Notes: generated by a model not told the origin, from the sequence alone. Positions 21,340 to 32,010 are shown, numbered from the stretch's first letter. The stretch: DNA of 64,000 nucleotides from an uncultured Actinomycetes bacterium (GCA_963704725.1 OY969934.1:2688001-2752000); one strand, 5' to 3'. Program-made: numbers and translations.

Positions 21340-22299
21340 TCACGGCCTCATCGCCCCGTGGGACAACTTGCGGAAGAAGACACGGTCGTAGCCGTCCTGC
21401 TGCTCGCGGCCGGTCTCCTCGAAGCCGAGCCCCGTGTAGAATTGATGGTCTTCCACCATCGCCACGTTCGTGAACAGCCGGAGCTCCCCAAGCCCGAGCT
21501 CGGCCGCCCGGACCTCGGCGAAGCGCATCAACCGGGTCCCGAAACCTCGTCCCTGCGACGCCGGGAGGACGGCGACGTCGCGGACGAGGAGATGATCCTC
21601 GCGGGGTACGAGGACGATCACGGCGTTCCCGTCGTCCGAGACATAGGCCTCCGCGCGGGCGATCGCCTCGCCGAAGTCCTCGAGCATCGCGGCCGGCTCC
21701 CTGCCGATCAGCTCCACGTACGGCGCGAAGGCCGCCCGCACCACGCGTCGGACCCGGCCCGACGTCGGTGGGGACCGCCGTCCGGATGCCGTCCCACCGC
21801 CGCCACCTGCGGAACACCTCGAGACCGTCCGGGCAGAACGGCTCTCGCGCGGCCATGGCCTCGACCTCGGCGGGGTCGGCGAACGCTCCCCACACGACCT
21901 CCTCGGGCTGCCACCGGATCGGCCCATCCCACCGGACGTCGTACACGGCGCCCCACACCCGGCCGCCCGCTCCCTCGTACCGGTGGAGGAACCGGAAGAC
22001 CGGCTTCGCCAGAGACGCCGAGCTCCTCCTCGAGCTCGCGGGCGGCGCATGTGTCGTAGGACTCGCCGGCCGCGTTCACGCCACCGGCGCACACGTCGAG
22101 ATAGCCCGGATAGACGTCCTTCGTCTCGGTCCGTCGATGGACGTACAGCTCGTCCCGCAGCATCCAGCACGAAGACGTATGTGCAGCGGTGCCACAGCCG
22201 GCGCCGCCGCACGACGCGCCTCGGCACCACGTCGACGACGACGTTGGACGCATCAACCACGTCGACGAGCTCGTCCCCCGGATCCGGGTGCTCCGCCAT
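21340..22299 (-). CDS. NUDIX hydrolase-GNAT acetyltransferase fusion (about 3 frameshifts)
   Basis: GGVNAAGESYDTCAARELEEELG Nudix box; GNAT motif A VAVLPASQGRGFGTRL; no stop seen between domains. Confidence 0.65.
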   Translation of the reverse strand: MAEHPDPGDELVDVVDASNVVVDVVPRRVVRRRRLWHRCTYVFVLDAAGRAVRPSTDRDEGRLSGLSRRVRRWRERGRRVLRHMRRPRARGGARRLWRSRSSGSSTGTRERAAGCGAPCTTSGGMGRSGGSPRRSCGERSPTPPRSRPWPRESRSARTVSRCSAGGGGGTASGRRSPPTSGRVRRVVRAAFAPYVELIGREPAAMLEDFGEAIARAEAYVSDDGNAVIVLVPREDHLLVRDVAVLPASQGRGFGTRLMRFAEVRAAELGLGELRLFTNVAMVEDHQFYTGLGFEETGREQQDGYDRVFFRKLSHGAMRP

Positions 22300-22316
22300 G
22301 CGCCTATCCTGCCGCG

Positions 22317-22950
22317 ATGATCCGACGAACGGCACCTCGAGCGGTCGTGTTCGACATGGACGGCACCTTGCTGGACTCGCACGGCCGGGTCGTCGACGCC
22401 GTCGCCGCGACCCTGCGGTCCCTCGGCGAGGACCGACACTCGCGCGAGGAGATCGCCGCGACGCTGTTCACCGGGCCGGCCGGCTCGATCCTCACCCATC
22501 TGCTGGGGCGAGCGGCCACCGAGGAGGACGTCGCGCGAGTACCACGCTCACCTGGCGGAGCTCGCGCCCGCCGCGCCCGTCTACCCGGGGATCTCGGCCG
22601 CGCTCGGAGCGCTCGCGACGCCGACGGCGGTCTTCACCGGCGCGAGCAGTCGCTCGGCCGCCATCTTGCTGTCCGCCTCCGGGCTCGCCCGCCACTTCCG
22701 GGTCGTGGTGGGCGGGGACCAGGTGGACCACGTGAAACCGGCCCCGGACGGGCTGCTCGAGGCGAGTCGGCTCCTCGGCGTGCCCGCGGAGGCGGTCGCA
22801 TACGTCGGAGACTCCCCCCACGACGTGGCGTGCGCTCGGGCGGCCGGATCGCTCGCCGTCGCGGCGGGGTGGGGCGAGCTGTTCGACCCGTCAGTCGAAG
22901 CCGACGTCGTGCTGTCGGACCCGCTCGAGGTCCTCGGGCTCGTCGGGTAG
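22317..22950 (+). CDS. HAD-family phosphatase (frameshift near 22537)
   Basis: FDMDGTL, KPAPD, VGDSPHD; TATCCT 6 nt upstream of ATG. Confidence 0.82.
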
Positions 22951-24773
22951 CCGGATCACGTCACGGGAGGACAGCGCAACCTCGATGATCTGCGCGATCT
23001 CCTCGCCGACGAGCTCGTCGCGGGCGATGAGGGAGTCGCGGAGCGCCACGACGACATCGCGATTCTCCTCGAGCAGGGCCGAGACGCGAACGCGCTGCGC
23101 CATGAGCAGCTCCTCGACCCGTTCCTTGCCCCCGGGGTCGGCCAGGACCCTGCCGACGAGGTTCTTCGATCCGATGGGGCCTTCGGCGATCGCGTCGTAG
23201 GAGATCAGGGAGCCGGCCATCCCGAACGAGCCGACCATCTGCGCCGCGAGCGTCGTCGCGTGCTGCAGGTCCGACGCCGGCCCCGTCCCGCTCTCGCCGA
23301 AGAAGACCTCCTCGGCGGACAGGCCACCGAGGGCGATCGCGATCCCGGCCTCGAGCTCCGTGCGGGTCCGCGTGAACCGCTCCTCCTCGTCGCCGTGCGC
23401 GAGCAGTCCGAGCGACTGGCGCCGCTTGATGATGGACAGGACCTCGAGCCGGCGGCCCTTGCCGAGGAAGTATGCGACGGCTGCGTGCCCCGCCTCGTGC
23501 GTCGCGACCGCCACCCGATCGGCCTCCGTGTACACGACCGGCTGCTTGAACCCGAGCTCCTCGGTCAGCTTGGCCTCGTAGACGTCGTCGACGCTCATCT
23601 GCTTGCGGCCGTTCCGCAGCGCGACGAGCAGCGCCTCGTCGAAGAGGTGCTCGATCATGACCGGCGTGTAGCCGAACGTGTCGTGGGCCAGGCGCTCGCG
23701 CGCCTCGTCGTCGTCGAGCAGCTCGTGGTGCGACTTCCGATCGAGGAAGAAGTCGACGAGCTCGCGCCGCCCGTTCTTGGTCGGGACGTCGAAGTAGAGC
23801 CTCCGATCGAAGCGCCCCGGGCGAAGGAGCGCCGTGTCCAGGTTGTCGGCCCGGTTGGTCGCCGCCACCAGCAGGATGTTGTTGTAGGCGGGTTTCCCGG
23901 CGGGGATGCGATGCTCCGGCGACAGGTAGCCGTTGACCGTCTCGATCAGCCGCGCCCGGACGCGGGCACGCCTCGGGGGCTGGTCGAAGGACTGCATCTG
24001 GATCAGCAGCTCGTTGACCATGCCCGTCCCGGCGGGGCCGACGAAGTTCGACGCCACGCGACCGAGACCCGTGGGGTCCGGGCTGGCGCTCGCGCCGCCA
24101 CGATCTCCCTCCGATCGCGTCGATCTCCTCGATGAACCCGATCGCGCCGCCCTCCTTGCGGGCGAGCTTGCGCAGGGTCTTGAAGAACTGACGGATCCGG
24201 GAACCGGTCATTCCGAACCACATCGACTGGAACGCCGGGGCCGAGATGAACAGGAACGGGACGCCCGCCTGCTTGGCCATGGCTTTGGCCAGGTAGGTCT
24301 TCCCGGTCCCCGGCGGACCTTCGAACAGGATGCCGCGACGAGGGTTGCCGCCGAGCTCGTCGCGGAACGTCGCATAGCCCAGGAAGACATCGAGCGTGCG
24401 CGCGACCTCGTCGACCTGGGTGTCGAGGCCGCGGACCTCGTCCAGCCCGACCTCGATCTCCTCGGGACGCACGACCATGTGCGGCGAGCGCCCGCTGAAC
24501 ATGCGGCATCAGCATGACGACGCCCATGAGGAGGATCAGGACCATGAACGGGAGCCAGATCACCCACTCGGACCCCAGGGCCGGGAGCGCGAACGGGTTG
24601 TGCGTCAGGTACCGGTACCAGAGGTAGCCGTCGAAGAGCCCGAGCGTGATGACGAGCCGCCACAGCCGGCGTCGGCGGGTGCGCTCACGGACCCGGGAGA
24701 CGTCGGCCCGACCCTTCTTGAAGACCTCCGACCCCTGCAGGAGGGCGGCGGTGGACCGGTTCGTCTTGTTCAC
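22891..24773 (-). CDS. FtsH-like membrane AAA+ metalloprotease (frameshifts near 24503 and 24110)
   Basis: 2 TM, GPPGTGKT, IEEIDA, ATNRADNLDTALLRPGRFDR, HEAGH. Confidence 0.85.
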
Positions 24774-24912
24774 GGCGACTCCAACGGCTGTACGTCGGTT
24801 GCGGGCAACCCTACGTGAGCCGGCCGATGGACGCATCCGGCGTTCGCACTACGCCTTCCGCCGGGGCCTCGAGCCTGTCGACGCCGCAGTCGAGCGGCTA
24901 TCGTGCGGGCTC

Positions 24913-25302
24913 GTGGCCAGGAAGAAGCTGCCTCCGGTCGCCCGGGAGGACGCGAAGGTCGTCGGCGCGCTCCTGCGGAGCCTTCGCCGTGCGGCGGGCT
25001 ACCGCGCGGTGCAGGATGCCGCCTCGGCGACCGGGTTCCCGGCGGCGCGCCAGACGATCTACGCGTACGAGCGCGGCGGCCTGACGCCCTCGCTCCAGCA
25101 GTTCCTCGACCTCGTCGAGTTCTACACGCTCCACGCGCTGCCGACGGACGGCGCGAAGCCGGAGGAGGATCTCCGTGCTCAGGCCGTCGCCGCCGTGGCC
25201 AGGGCGCTGGCCCTGCCCGCCTACCACGTGAAGCGGGCGCAGGATCTGATGGACCGCCTCCAGCCGGCGCTGGGTGCGAGCCGGCGGCGGGCGGCCCGGT
25301 GA
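24913..25302 (+). CDS. XRE-family HTH protein
   Basis: LRSLRRAAG...ARQTIYAYERGGLTPSL. Confidence 0.75.
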   Translation: MARKKLPPVAREDAKVVGALLRSLRRAAGYRAVQDAASATGFPAARQTIYAYERGGLTPSLQQFLDLVEFYTLHALPTDGAKPEEDLRAQAVAAVARALALPAYHVKRAQDLMDRLQPALGASRRRAAR

Positions 25303-25715
25303 TGCTCACGCGGATCGACCACGTCGGGATCGCGGTCGAAGACCTCGAGGCCGCCGTCGAGAGCTACCGGCAGGCGTTCGGGATCGAGCCCGTCCATCGG
25401 GAGCGGGTCGACGCTCAGGGCGTCGAGGAGGTGCTGTTCGACGTGGGGGGGTCGTACGTCCAGCTCCTCGGGGCGCTGGCGCCGGACACGCCCGTCGGAC
25501 GGTTCCTGGAACGCAACGGGCCGGGCATGCACCACGTCGGCTACCGCGTCGAGGACCTGGCCGGCGCGCTCGAGCAGTTGCGAGCGCGAGGACTCCGCCT
25601 GATCGACCAGCATCCCCGTCCCGGGTCTCGGGGGACCTCGATCGCGTTCGTCCATCCGAGCGCGACCGGCGGCGTCCTCGTCGAGCTGGTGCAGGAGGGC
25701 GCGTCCGGAGCGTAG
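25302..25715 (+). CDS. mce: Methylmalonyl-CoA epimerase
   Basis: IDHVGIAV, GPGMHHVGYRV, FVHPSATGGVLVELVQ. Confidence 0.92.
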   Translation: MLTRIDHVGIAVEDLEAAVESYRQAFGIEPVHRERVDAQGVEEVLFDVGGSYVQLLGALAPDTPVGRFLERNGPGMHHVGYRVEDLAGALEQLRARGLRLIDQHPRPGSRGTSIAFVHPSATGGVLVELVQEGASGA

Positions 25716-25729
25716 CCGTGCGACGCCCC

Positions 25730-26971
25730 TCAGGGGAGGCCGGTGAGGCCCCGCCGCGGCGCGTTGACGAGGACGGCGACGTTGCCCTCGGGGAGCTGCC
25801 CGTCGGCCATCAGCTGATGGACCCGTCCCGTCTCCTCGTATTCGTACGCGTGCCCCAGAGTGGTGCGGACGGTCCCCGCCCGCACGAGGTCGTTGAACGC
25901 GGCGGCCTGCTCGTCGTTGAACAGGTGCGAGCCCTGGTAGCGCTTCTGCAGGTACCACAGGTACCGGACGTCGATCACCGTGTCGTAGCCGGTCGTCCCC
26001 GCGCAGATCACGATCATCCCGCCCCGGTCGCACACGAAGTTCGAGGTGGGGATGGTGTCCTCACCGGGATGCTCGAACACGATCCGGGGGTTGGTCCGCT
26101 CCCCCAGGACGTCCCAGATCGCCTTGCCGAACGCCTTGGCCCCCTCGAACCAGTCCTTCCACCCCGGGTCGTTCCACCTCGGAGGCACGCCCCAGTGCGT
26201 GAACCGGGTTCGATCGACGTAGCCGACGGCGCCCAGGTCCATGCAGTACTCGCCCCTGCTCGAGCTGGACACCACGGCGACCGCCCGGCCGCCGGCGATC
26301 GTCACGAGCTGGATCGCGAGCGAGCCGAGCCCTCCCGACCCACCCCACACCAGGACCACGTCGCCCGGTTGCACCGTGTGGGGCGGCCAGCCGTGGAGCA
26401 TCCGGTACGCGGTCGAGCCGGTCAGCGTGGGAGCGGCGGCCTCCTCCCACGTGAGGTGCTCGGCCTTCGGCAGGCACTGGTGGGCCTGGACCTTGCAGAA
26501 CTGCGAGAACGACCCCCAGCACGTGTCGTACCCCCACACCCGGAAGCTCGGCGCGAGGCCGGGGTCGTTCCCGGCGACCGCCCACGGGTCGTCGAGGTCC
26601 CACTGCCCGGCGTGGACCACGACGTGATCGCCGACCTGCACGTTCGTCACCGCGTCTCCGACGGCGGTCACGACGCCGGCCGCGTCCGAGCCCACGACGT
26701 GGAACTCGGTAGGCTCGCCCCACCGAGCCTGGGTCTTGGTCACGTCGACGGGGACGCCGCGGGCCGCCCACACGTTGTTGAAGTTCACCCCGGCGGCCAT
26801 GACGAGCACGAGGGCTTCGTGCGGGCCGAGCTCCGGGACGTCGATCACCTCGTCGCGGATCGACCCCGCCGGCTCGCCGAAGCGATCGGGCCGGACGAGC
26901 TGGGCGTGCATGCGTGCCGGGACCTCGCCCACCGGTGGCAGCTCACCGATCTCGTACACGTCGTTCGGCAT
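25730..26971 (-). CDS. ccrA: Crotonyl-CoA carboxylase/reductase
   Basis: MAAGVNFNNVWA, GSDAAG, WGYDT, IVFEHPGEDT, CAGTTGY, QKRYQGSHLFN. Confidence 0.9.
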   Translation of the reverse strand: MPNDVYEIGELPPVGEVPARMHAQLVRPDRFGEPAGSIRDEVIDVPELGPHEALVLVMAAGVNFNNVWAARGVPVDVTKTQARWGEPTEFHVVGSDAAGVVTAVGDAVTNVQVGDHVVVHAGQWDLDDPWAVAGNDPGLAPSFRVWGYDTCWGSFSQFCKVQAHQCLPKAEHLTWEEAAAPTLTGSTAYRMLHGWPPHTVQPGDVVLVWGGSGGLGSLAIQLVTIAGGRAVAVVSSSSRGEYCMDLGAVGYVDRTRFTHWGVPPRWNDPGWKDWFEGAKAFGKAIWDVLGERTNPRIVFEHPGEDTIPTSNFVCDRGGMIVICAGTTGYDTVIDVRYLWYLQKRYQGSHLFNDEQAAAFNDLVRAGTVRTTLGHAYEYEETGRVHQLMADGQLPEGNVAVLVNAPRRGLTGLP

Positions 26972-27114
26972 CGGGACCTCTCGAGGGTCGGACGGGTCGG
27001 CGCGGAGCCTAGCCCCGCGCTCGCCGGGGCGACAAGAGACCACTCCAGGGGGATGCGCGAACGGAGGCGACCACCGTATGCTCGGTTTCTCCGACCCGGG
27101 AGCCCGATCCCGAG

Positions 27115-30100
27115 ATGGTGCAACCGACCGACGAACATCCCGGTGCCACGGGGTCGAGGGTCGAGCGCCCGTCTCCCTCGCTGCGCGCCCAGCTGTTCGA
27201 CCGGTTCGCCGATGGGGTCGTGGTCAGCGACCAGCAGGGGCGCTGCGTGGAGGCCAACCTGACGGCCGCCGACCTGCTCGGATACACCCGCGACGAGCTC
27301 ATCGGCCTCCCACTGTCCCTGGTCGTCGCCTCCGAGCCCCCGGATGCTGAGTGGGCCCGGTCGAGCCCCGAGGGCGCCTGGCGGGGGGAGGTCCAGCTGC
27401 GTCGCGCCGACGGAACCACCTTCTCCGCCGAGGCCCGGGAGACCACGATCGAGTCCCAGGACGGACGGTGGGGCGTGCTGATCCTGCGCGAGAGCGGCGA
27501 CGCCGTGGTCCGGGCTCTGCGGGCGACGGAGGCCCAGCTCGCCGCGATCGTCGAGTCCTCCAACGACGCGATCTTCAGTGGGTCGATCGACGGCACGATC
27601 CTTACGTGGAACGAGGGCGCCGAGCGCCTCTTCGGGTACCGACCGGAGGAGATCGTCGGCCGGCACCTCTCGGTCCTCGCGCCGTCCGAGCGGCGCGGAG
27701 AGCCCGAGGGCAAGCTTCGGGCGCTCCAGCGCGGCCGCCGGCTCCGGGAGTTCGAGACGATCCGCCTCCGCAAGGATGGCGTCCCGGCGGAGGTCTCCCT
27801 CTCGGTGTCACCGATCCGCGACACGAGCGGGACGGTCACGGGATTCGCCGAGATCGCCCGCGACGTCTCGGAGCGGCGCGTGGCCGAGCGGCGCGCGCAG
27901 GTGCTCTACCGGCTCATCGAGGCGCTCGGGCGAGCGCGATCGGACGAGCGGATCTTCGAGGCTGCGCTCGACGCACTGCAGCGCGCCCTGCACACCGACC
28001 GGGCCTCGATCCTGCTGTTCGACGAGGACGGCGTCATGCGGTTCCGGGCGTGGCGTGGGCTCGGCGAGGCCTATCGCCAGGCCGTCGAGGGACATAACCC
28101 GTGGGCCGGCGTCGAGGACGGATTCCCGCCGGTTCACGTGCCGGACGCGGAGGCCGACCCCTCGATCGACGCATTCCGCGACTCGGTGCTCGCCGAGGGG
28201 ATCCGAGCCCTCTCATTCGTCGCCCTGCAGCACCAGGGCCGGCTCCTCGGCAAGGTGATGCTCTACTTCGACGCGCCGCGATCGCTGTCCTCCTCCGAGT
28301 CGCAGCTGGCCGTCGCGATCGCCGACCACGTTGCGTTCGCGCTCACGCGGGCGCGCGCGGAGGAGGCGCTGGAACGAGCCCAGGCCCAGCTCGACCTCAT
28401 CACGATCGGTAGCGCGGACGGGCTCACGATCCAGGCCGCCGACGGGCGGGTCGTGTACGCCAACCTCGCGGCGGCGCGGCTGTCCGGGTTCGACTCGGTC
28501 CCCGAGTTCCTGCAGGGGGTCGAGGCGATGGGCGATCGGTGGGAGCTCTTCGACGAGCACGGGATGCCCTTCGAGCCCTCGCAGCTCCCGGGGCGACGCG
28601 CCCTCCTCGGCGAGCCGGGCCCGGAGGCCATCATCAAGATCCGCGATCGCAAGACCGGCGTGGAGCGATGGAGGAGGGTCCGGGCCACGGCGGCCGCCGG
28701 CGAGCACGGGACCGTTCCCTTCGCCATCAACCTGTTCCACGACATCACCGAGGAACGCCGGGCGAGGGAACAGCTCCGATTCCAGGCGGCCCTGCTCCAC
28801 GCGCAGGCGGAGGCCTCGGTCGAGGGCATCCTCGTCGTGGCCACCGACGGGCGCATGGTCTCGTGGAACCAGCGATTCGCCGAGATGTGGGCCATCCCGG
28901 ACGACGTGCTCGCCTCTCGATCGGATCGGCTCGCGATCGACTCGGTGCTGTCCAAGGTCGCGGATCCGGAGGGTTTCCGTAGGCGGATCGACGACCTCTA
29001 TGCCGATCCGGTCATCGAGGCGTCCGACGAGATCGAGTTGCTCGACGGACGCTCGTTCGAGCGCCACACGAAGCCGTTGATCGACGAGGCCGGCGCGGGA
29101 TGGGGACGGATCTGGTTCTTCCGCGACGCGACCGAGGAGCGGCGTCGCGAGGGCTTCCAGCGGCTCCTCGCCGACGCGGGGAGGGCGCTCGCGCTCTCGC
29201 TCGAGGGCGAGACGCGGTTCGGGGCGCTCCTGGACGCCGTGATCCGGTGGAACGCCGACGTCGCCGCCCTGTACGTCGACGAGGGCGACGCGGTCCGGCT
29301 CGTCGACCTCCGCGCGAACGATCCGAGCGCGATCGAGGGCCCGGTCCGGGAGGCGTTCCGGCTCCAGGATCGGCCCAGCCGTTCCGCCCGGGAGGCCGTC
29401 CTGATCCATCGGTCGGTCCTGGTCAACGACGTGGACGACGTCGTCGAGCCTCCCGCCGGGGGACGGGCGCTCTTCGAGCTTGCGAGGCTGGCACGCCTCG
29501 GGAGCGCCGCGATCGTGCCGATCCGCGCCGGCGAGGAGGTGCTGGGCGTCCTCGCCGCCGCTCTGGAGCGGGGCGGGCAACGGTACGACCAGAGCGACCT
29601 GGCTGCCCTCGAGGCCCTGGCCGAGCGCGTCGCGCTCGCCTTCCAGAGCTCGAAGCTGTACGGCGAGCGCGACTTCATCGCGCGGACGCTCCAACGGGGC
29701 CTCCTCCCGGCGGAGATCCCGGAGGTCCCGGGGCTGGAGATTGCGGCGCGGTACCGGGCCGCGGGGGGCGGCGCCGACGTCGGGGGGGACTTCTACGACG
29801 TGTTCGAGCTGAACGAGGCCTCGGTCGCCATCGCCGTGGGAGACGTGTGCGGCAAGGGCCCGACGGCGGCCGTCCTCACGGGTGTGGCGCGCCACACGAT
29901 CCGGACGGCCGCGTCGCTGATGGATCGCCCGGCCCGGATCCTCGAGCTCGTCCACGAGGCGATCCAGCGCGAGGGGCGGGAGGAGGAGTTCTGCACCGTG
30001 GCGCTCGGCCGCTTGGATCGGACCGGCGCGGGGCTCCGGGTCCATCTGAGTCTCGGCGGGCATCCCCGGCCATTGCTCGTGCACGGCGACGGATCCGTCG

Positions 30101-30387
30101 AGCAGCTCGGCGAGCCGGGATCGCTGCTCGGCCTGCTGCCGGACGTTCGCCTGTCCGAGACCGTGCACGATCTCCAGCCCGGCGACACGGTGGTCCTCTT
30201 CACCGACGGCGTGATCGAGCAGCGCACGGGTCAGGAGTTCGGCTCGCCGGAGCTCGCGAACCTCCTCCGAAGCGCCTCCGCGCTGTCGCCCGCGGAGATC
30301 GCGGACCGGATCGAGCAGGCGGTGACCCGGTTCAACCCGGACCCCCGCGACGACGTCGCGGTGCTCGTCGTGCGGGTGACCGCCTGA
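27115..30387 (+). CDS. Multi-PAS/GAF SpoIIE (PP2C) phosphatase
   Basis: Four PAS-like and two GAF-like regions; VGGDFYD, GDVCGKG, LFTDGV, DDVAVL. Confidence 0.92.
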   Translation: MVQPTDEHPGATGSRVERPSPSLRAQLFDRFADGVVVSDQQGRCVEANLTAADLLGYTRDELIGLPLSLVVASEPPDAEWARSSPEGAWRGEVQLRRADGTTFSAEARETTIESQDGRWGVLILRESGDAVVRALRATEAQLAAIVESSNDAIFSGSIDGTILTWNEGAERLFGYRPEEIVGRHLSVLAPSERRGEPEGKLRALQRGRRLREFETIRLRKDGVPAEVSLSVSPIRDTSGTVTGFAEIARDVSERRVAERRAQVLYRLIEALGRARSDERIFEAALDALQRALHTDRASILLFDEDGVMRFRAWRGLGEAYRQAVEGHNPWAGVEDGFPPVHVPDAEADPSIDAFRDSVLAEGIRALSFVALQHQGRLLGKVMLYFDAPRSLSSSESQLAVAIADHVAFALTRARAEEALERAQAQLDLITIGSADGLTIQAADGRVVYANLAAARLSGFDSVPEFLQGVEAMGDRWELFDEHGMPFEPSQLPGRRALLGEPGPEAIIKIRDRKTGVERWRRVRATAAAGEHGTVPFAINLFHDITEERRAREQLRFQAALLHAQAEASVEGILVVATDGRMVSWNQRFAEMWAIPDDVLASRSDRLAIDSVLSKVADPEGFRRRIDDLYADPVIEASDEIELLDGRSFERHTKPLIDEAGAGWGRIWFFRDATEERRREGFQRLLADAGRALALSLEGETRFGALLDAVIRWNADVAALYVDEGDAVRLVDLRANDPSAIEGPVREAFRLQDRPSRSAREAVLIHRSVLVNDVDDVVEPPAGGRALFELARLARLGSAAIVPIRAGEEVLGVLAAALERGGQRYDQSDLAALEALAERVALAFQSSKLYGERDFIARTLQRGLLPAEIPEVPGLEIAARYRAAGGGADVGGDFYDVFELNEASVAIAVGDVCGKGPTAAVLTGVARHTIRTAASLMDRPARILELVHEAIQREGREEEFCTVALGRLDRTGAGLRVHLSLGGHPRPLLVHGDGSVEQLGEPGSLLGLLPDVRLSETVHDLQPGDTVVLFTDGVIEQRTGQEFGSPELANLLRSASALSPAEIADRIEQAVTRFNPDPRDDVAVLVVRVTA

Positions 30388-30388
30388 C

Positions 30389-31339
30389 TCAGCCCACCGC
30401 CGCGGGGACCGCCTGGCTGGAGGGGCAGGACGCGGCGCGCGGGCACCAGGTGCAGTACGGCCCCGGATGCAGGGGAAGGGGTCTGCCGTTCTGCGAGGCG
30501 GACGCGGCGCGGACGGCGTCGACCACGCGATCGGCCGCCCGGGTGAGCACGCGTTCGTCGACGTCCTCCGCCTGCCACTCGCCGGAGTCCAGGTACAGCG
30601 TCGCCACCCGGTACGGGGGAACGCCGAAGCGCAGGGCGAGCAGCAGCGCATAGAACCGCATGTCCTCCGCGTGCTCCGGCCACGCTCGCCCCGTCTTGAG
30701 GTCGATCGCCAGCCGCGTGGCTCGGTTGGGCTCGGCGGCCGAGCCGGACCCGAGCACGAGGTCGAGCTGGCCCGACAGCATCAGCGAGCCGCCGAGCAGC
30801 TCGACCCGCACGTGCCATTCGGTGGAGGGGGCGAGCTCGCGGCGCATGCGCCGGAGCGGCGGCAGCGTCGAGCGGAACAGCTCGAGCGTCTTGGCCGCAT
30901 CCATGAGGGTCTCGTCGCGCCGAATCGGATCCAGCCCGTCCCAGAAGCCGCAGAACGCGCCGTCCTCGCGCAGGCGCTCGGCCGCGGCCTCGACGATGCC
31001 GTGGGGATCGCGATCCTCGCGCCCGGCCACCTCGAGCTCGACCGCCTTGTGCGCGAGCCGTCCGGCAGCGAACCGGGCGGAGAACGAGAACGGACCGCGC
31101 TCGCCGGCGCGCACGGCATCGAACAGCCCGGGACACCGGCCGAGGTCGCTCAGGTTGGACTTGCCGAGCCACAAAGGCTCCTCGAGCTCGAACACCCGCG
31201 CCGTCTCCTCGATCCGGTCCCGGATCCGTGGGACGACGTCCCCGGGGAACACCGGGCGCTCCGCGGTCCCGATCAGCCCGTCGAGCGTCCGGCGCTGCGC
31301 CGGCGTGAGCTCGAGCGCGACCGTTCCGATCGCCGTCAT
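30389..31339 (-). CDS. PD-(D/E)XK nuclease (RecB/Cas4-like)
   Basis: RCPG, GQLDLV, IDLKTG, MRFYAL, CTWCPRAASCP. Confidence 0.82.
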   Translation of the reverse strand: MTAIGTVALELTPAQRRTLDGLIGTAERPVFPGDVVPRIRDRIEETARVFELEEPLWLGKSNLSDLGRCPGLFDAVRAGERGPFSFSARFAAGRLAHKAVELEVAGREDRDPHGIVEAAAERLREDGAFCGFWDGLDPIRRDETLMDAAKTLELFRSTLPPLRRMRRELAPSTEWHVRVELLGGSLMLSGQLDLVLGSGSAAEPNRATRLAIDLKTGRAWPEHAEDMRFYALLLALRFGVPPYRVATLYLDSGEWQAEDVDERVLTRAADRVVDAVRAASASQNGRPLPLHPGPYCTWCPRAASCPSSQAVPAAVG

Positions 31340-31392
31340 CGCCCCACCGCTCGTGTGTGCACCGCGCCGGGATGGTATGAGGTACCACTGAC

Positions 31393-31944
31393 ATGGCCGA
31401 GACGCCGGACGAGATCCTCCGCGCGCTGGCCGATCCCGAGCGCCTGGCGATCGCCGGGATGCTGGCGAGCGTCGAGGCGACGTCGTCGGAGCTCGCCGAG
31501 CGGCTCGGGCTCCCGGTGGCCCGGGTCCGCCGTCACCTCAACCGACTGACCTCGACCGGGGTGGCCAGGCTCGGGGACGATCGCCGAACCTATCGCCTGG
31601 ACCCCGAAACCCTCCGGTGGGCCGCGGAGCAGGTGGGGCCCCCTCGAGAGGCCGGCCTCGCGCTGGGCGCTGCGAACGAGGACGAGGAGGCCGTGCTGCG
31701 GACGTTCTTCCGGGACGGCCGGCTGACCGAGATCCCGGCGAAGGAGTCCAAGCGCCGGATCGTGCTCGAGCGGATCGCGCTGGAGTTCGAGCCCGGCCTG
31801 CGCTACGACGAGCGCACCGTCAACGCGATCGTGGGGCGATTCTTCAACGACTACGCCGCGATCCGCCGCTACCTCGTCGATGAGGGCCTGCTCTCGCGGG
31901 AACGGGGCGAGTACTGGCGCACGGGCGGTCGCGTGGAGGACTAA
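31393..31944 (+). CDS. ArsR-like HTH plus DUF2087-type domain protein
   Basis: LRALADPERLAI; GRLTEIPAK...YDERTVN...DYAAIRRYLVDEGLLSR. Confidence 0.82.
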   Translation: MAETPDEILRALADPERLAIAGMLASVEATSSELAERLGLPVARVRRHLNRLTSTGVARLGDDRRTYRLDPETLRWAAEQVGPPREAGLALGAANEDEEAVLRTFFRDGRLTEIPAKESKRRIVLERIALEFEPGLRYDERTVNAIVGRFFNDYAAIRRYLVDEGLLSRERGEYWRTGGRVED

Positions 31945-32010
31945 CGACCCGCTGCGCCCGGGCGCAACGCCACTCACGCGGAACGGCTTGCGCTGCTAGG
32001 CTTCGCAGCC

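Noticed and set aside
22530-24510. Programmed ribosomal frameshifting in HAD or FtsH-like genes
   Set aside because: No slippery sequence recognised; indels cluster regionally, which fits sequence error better
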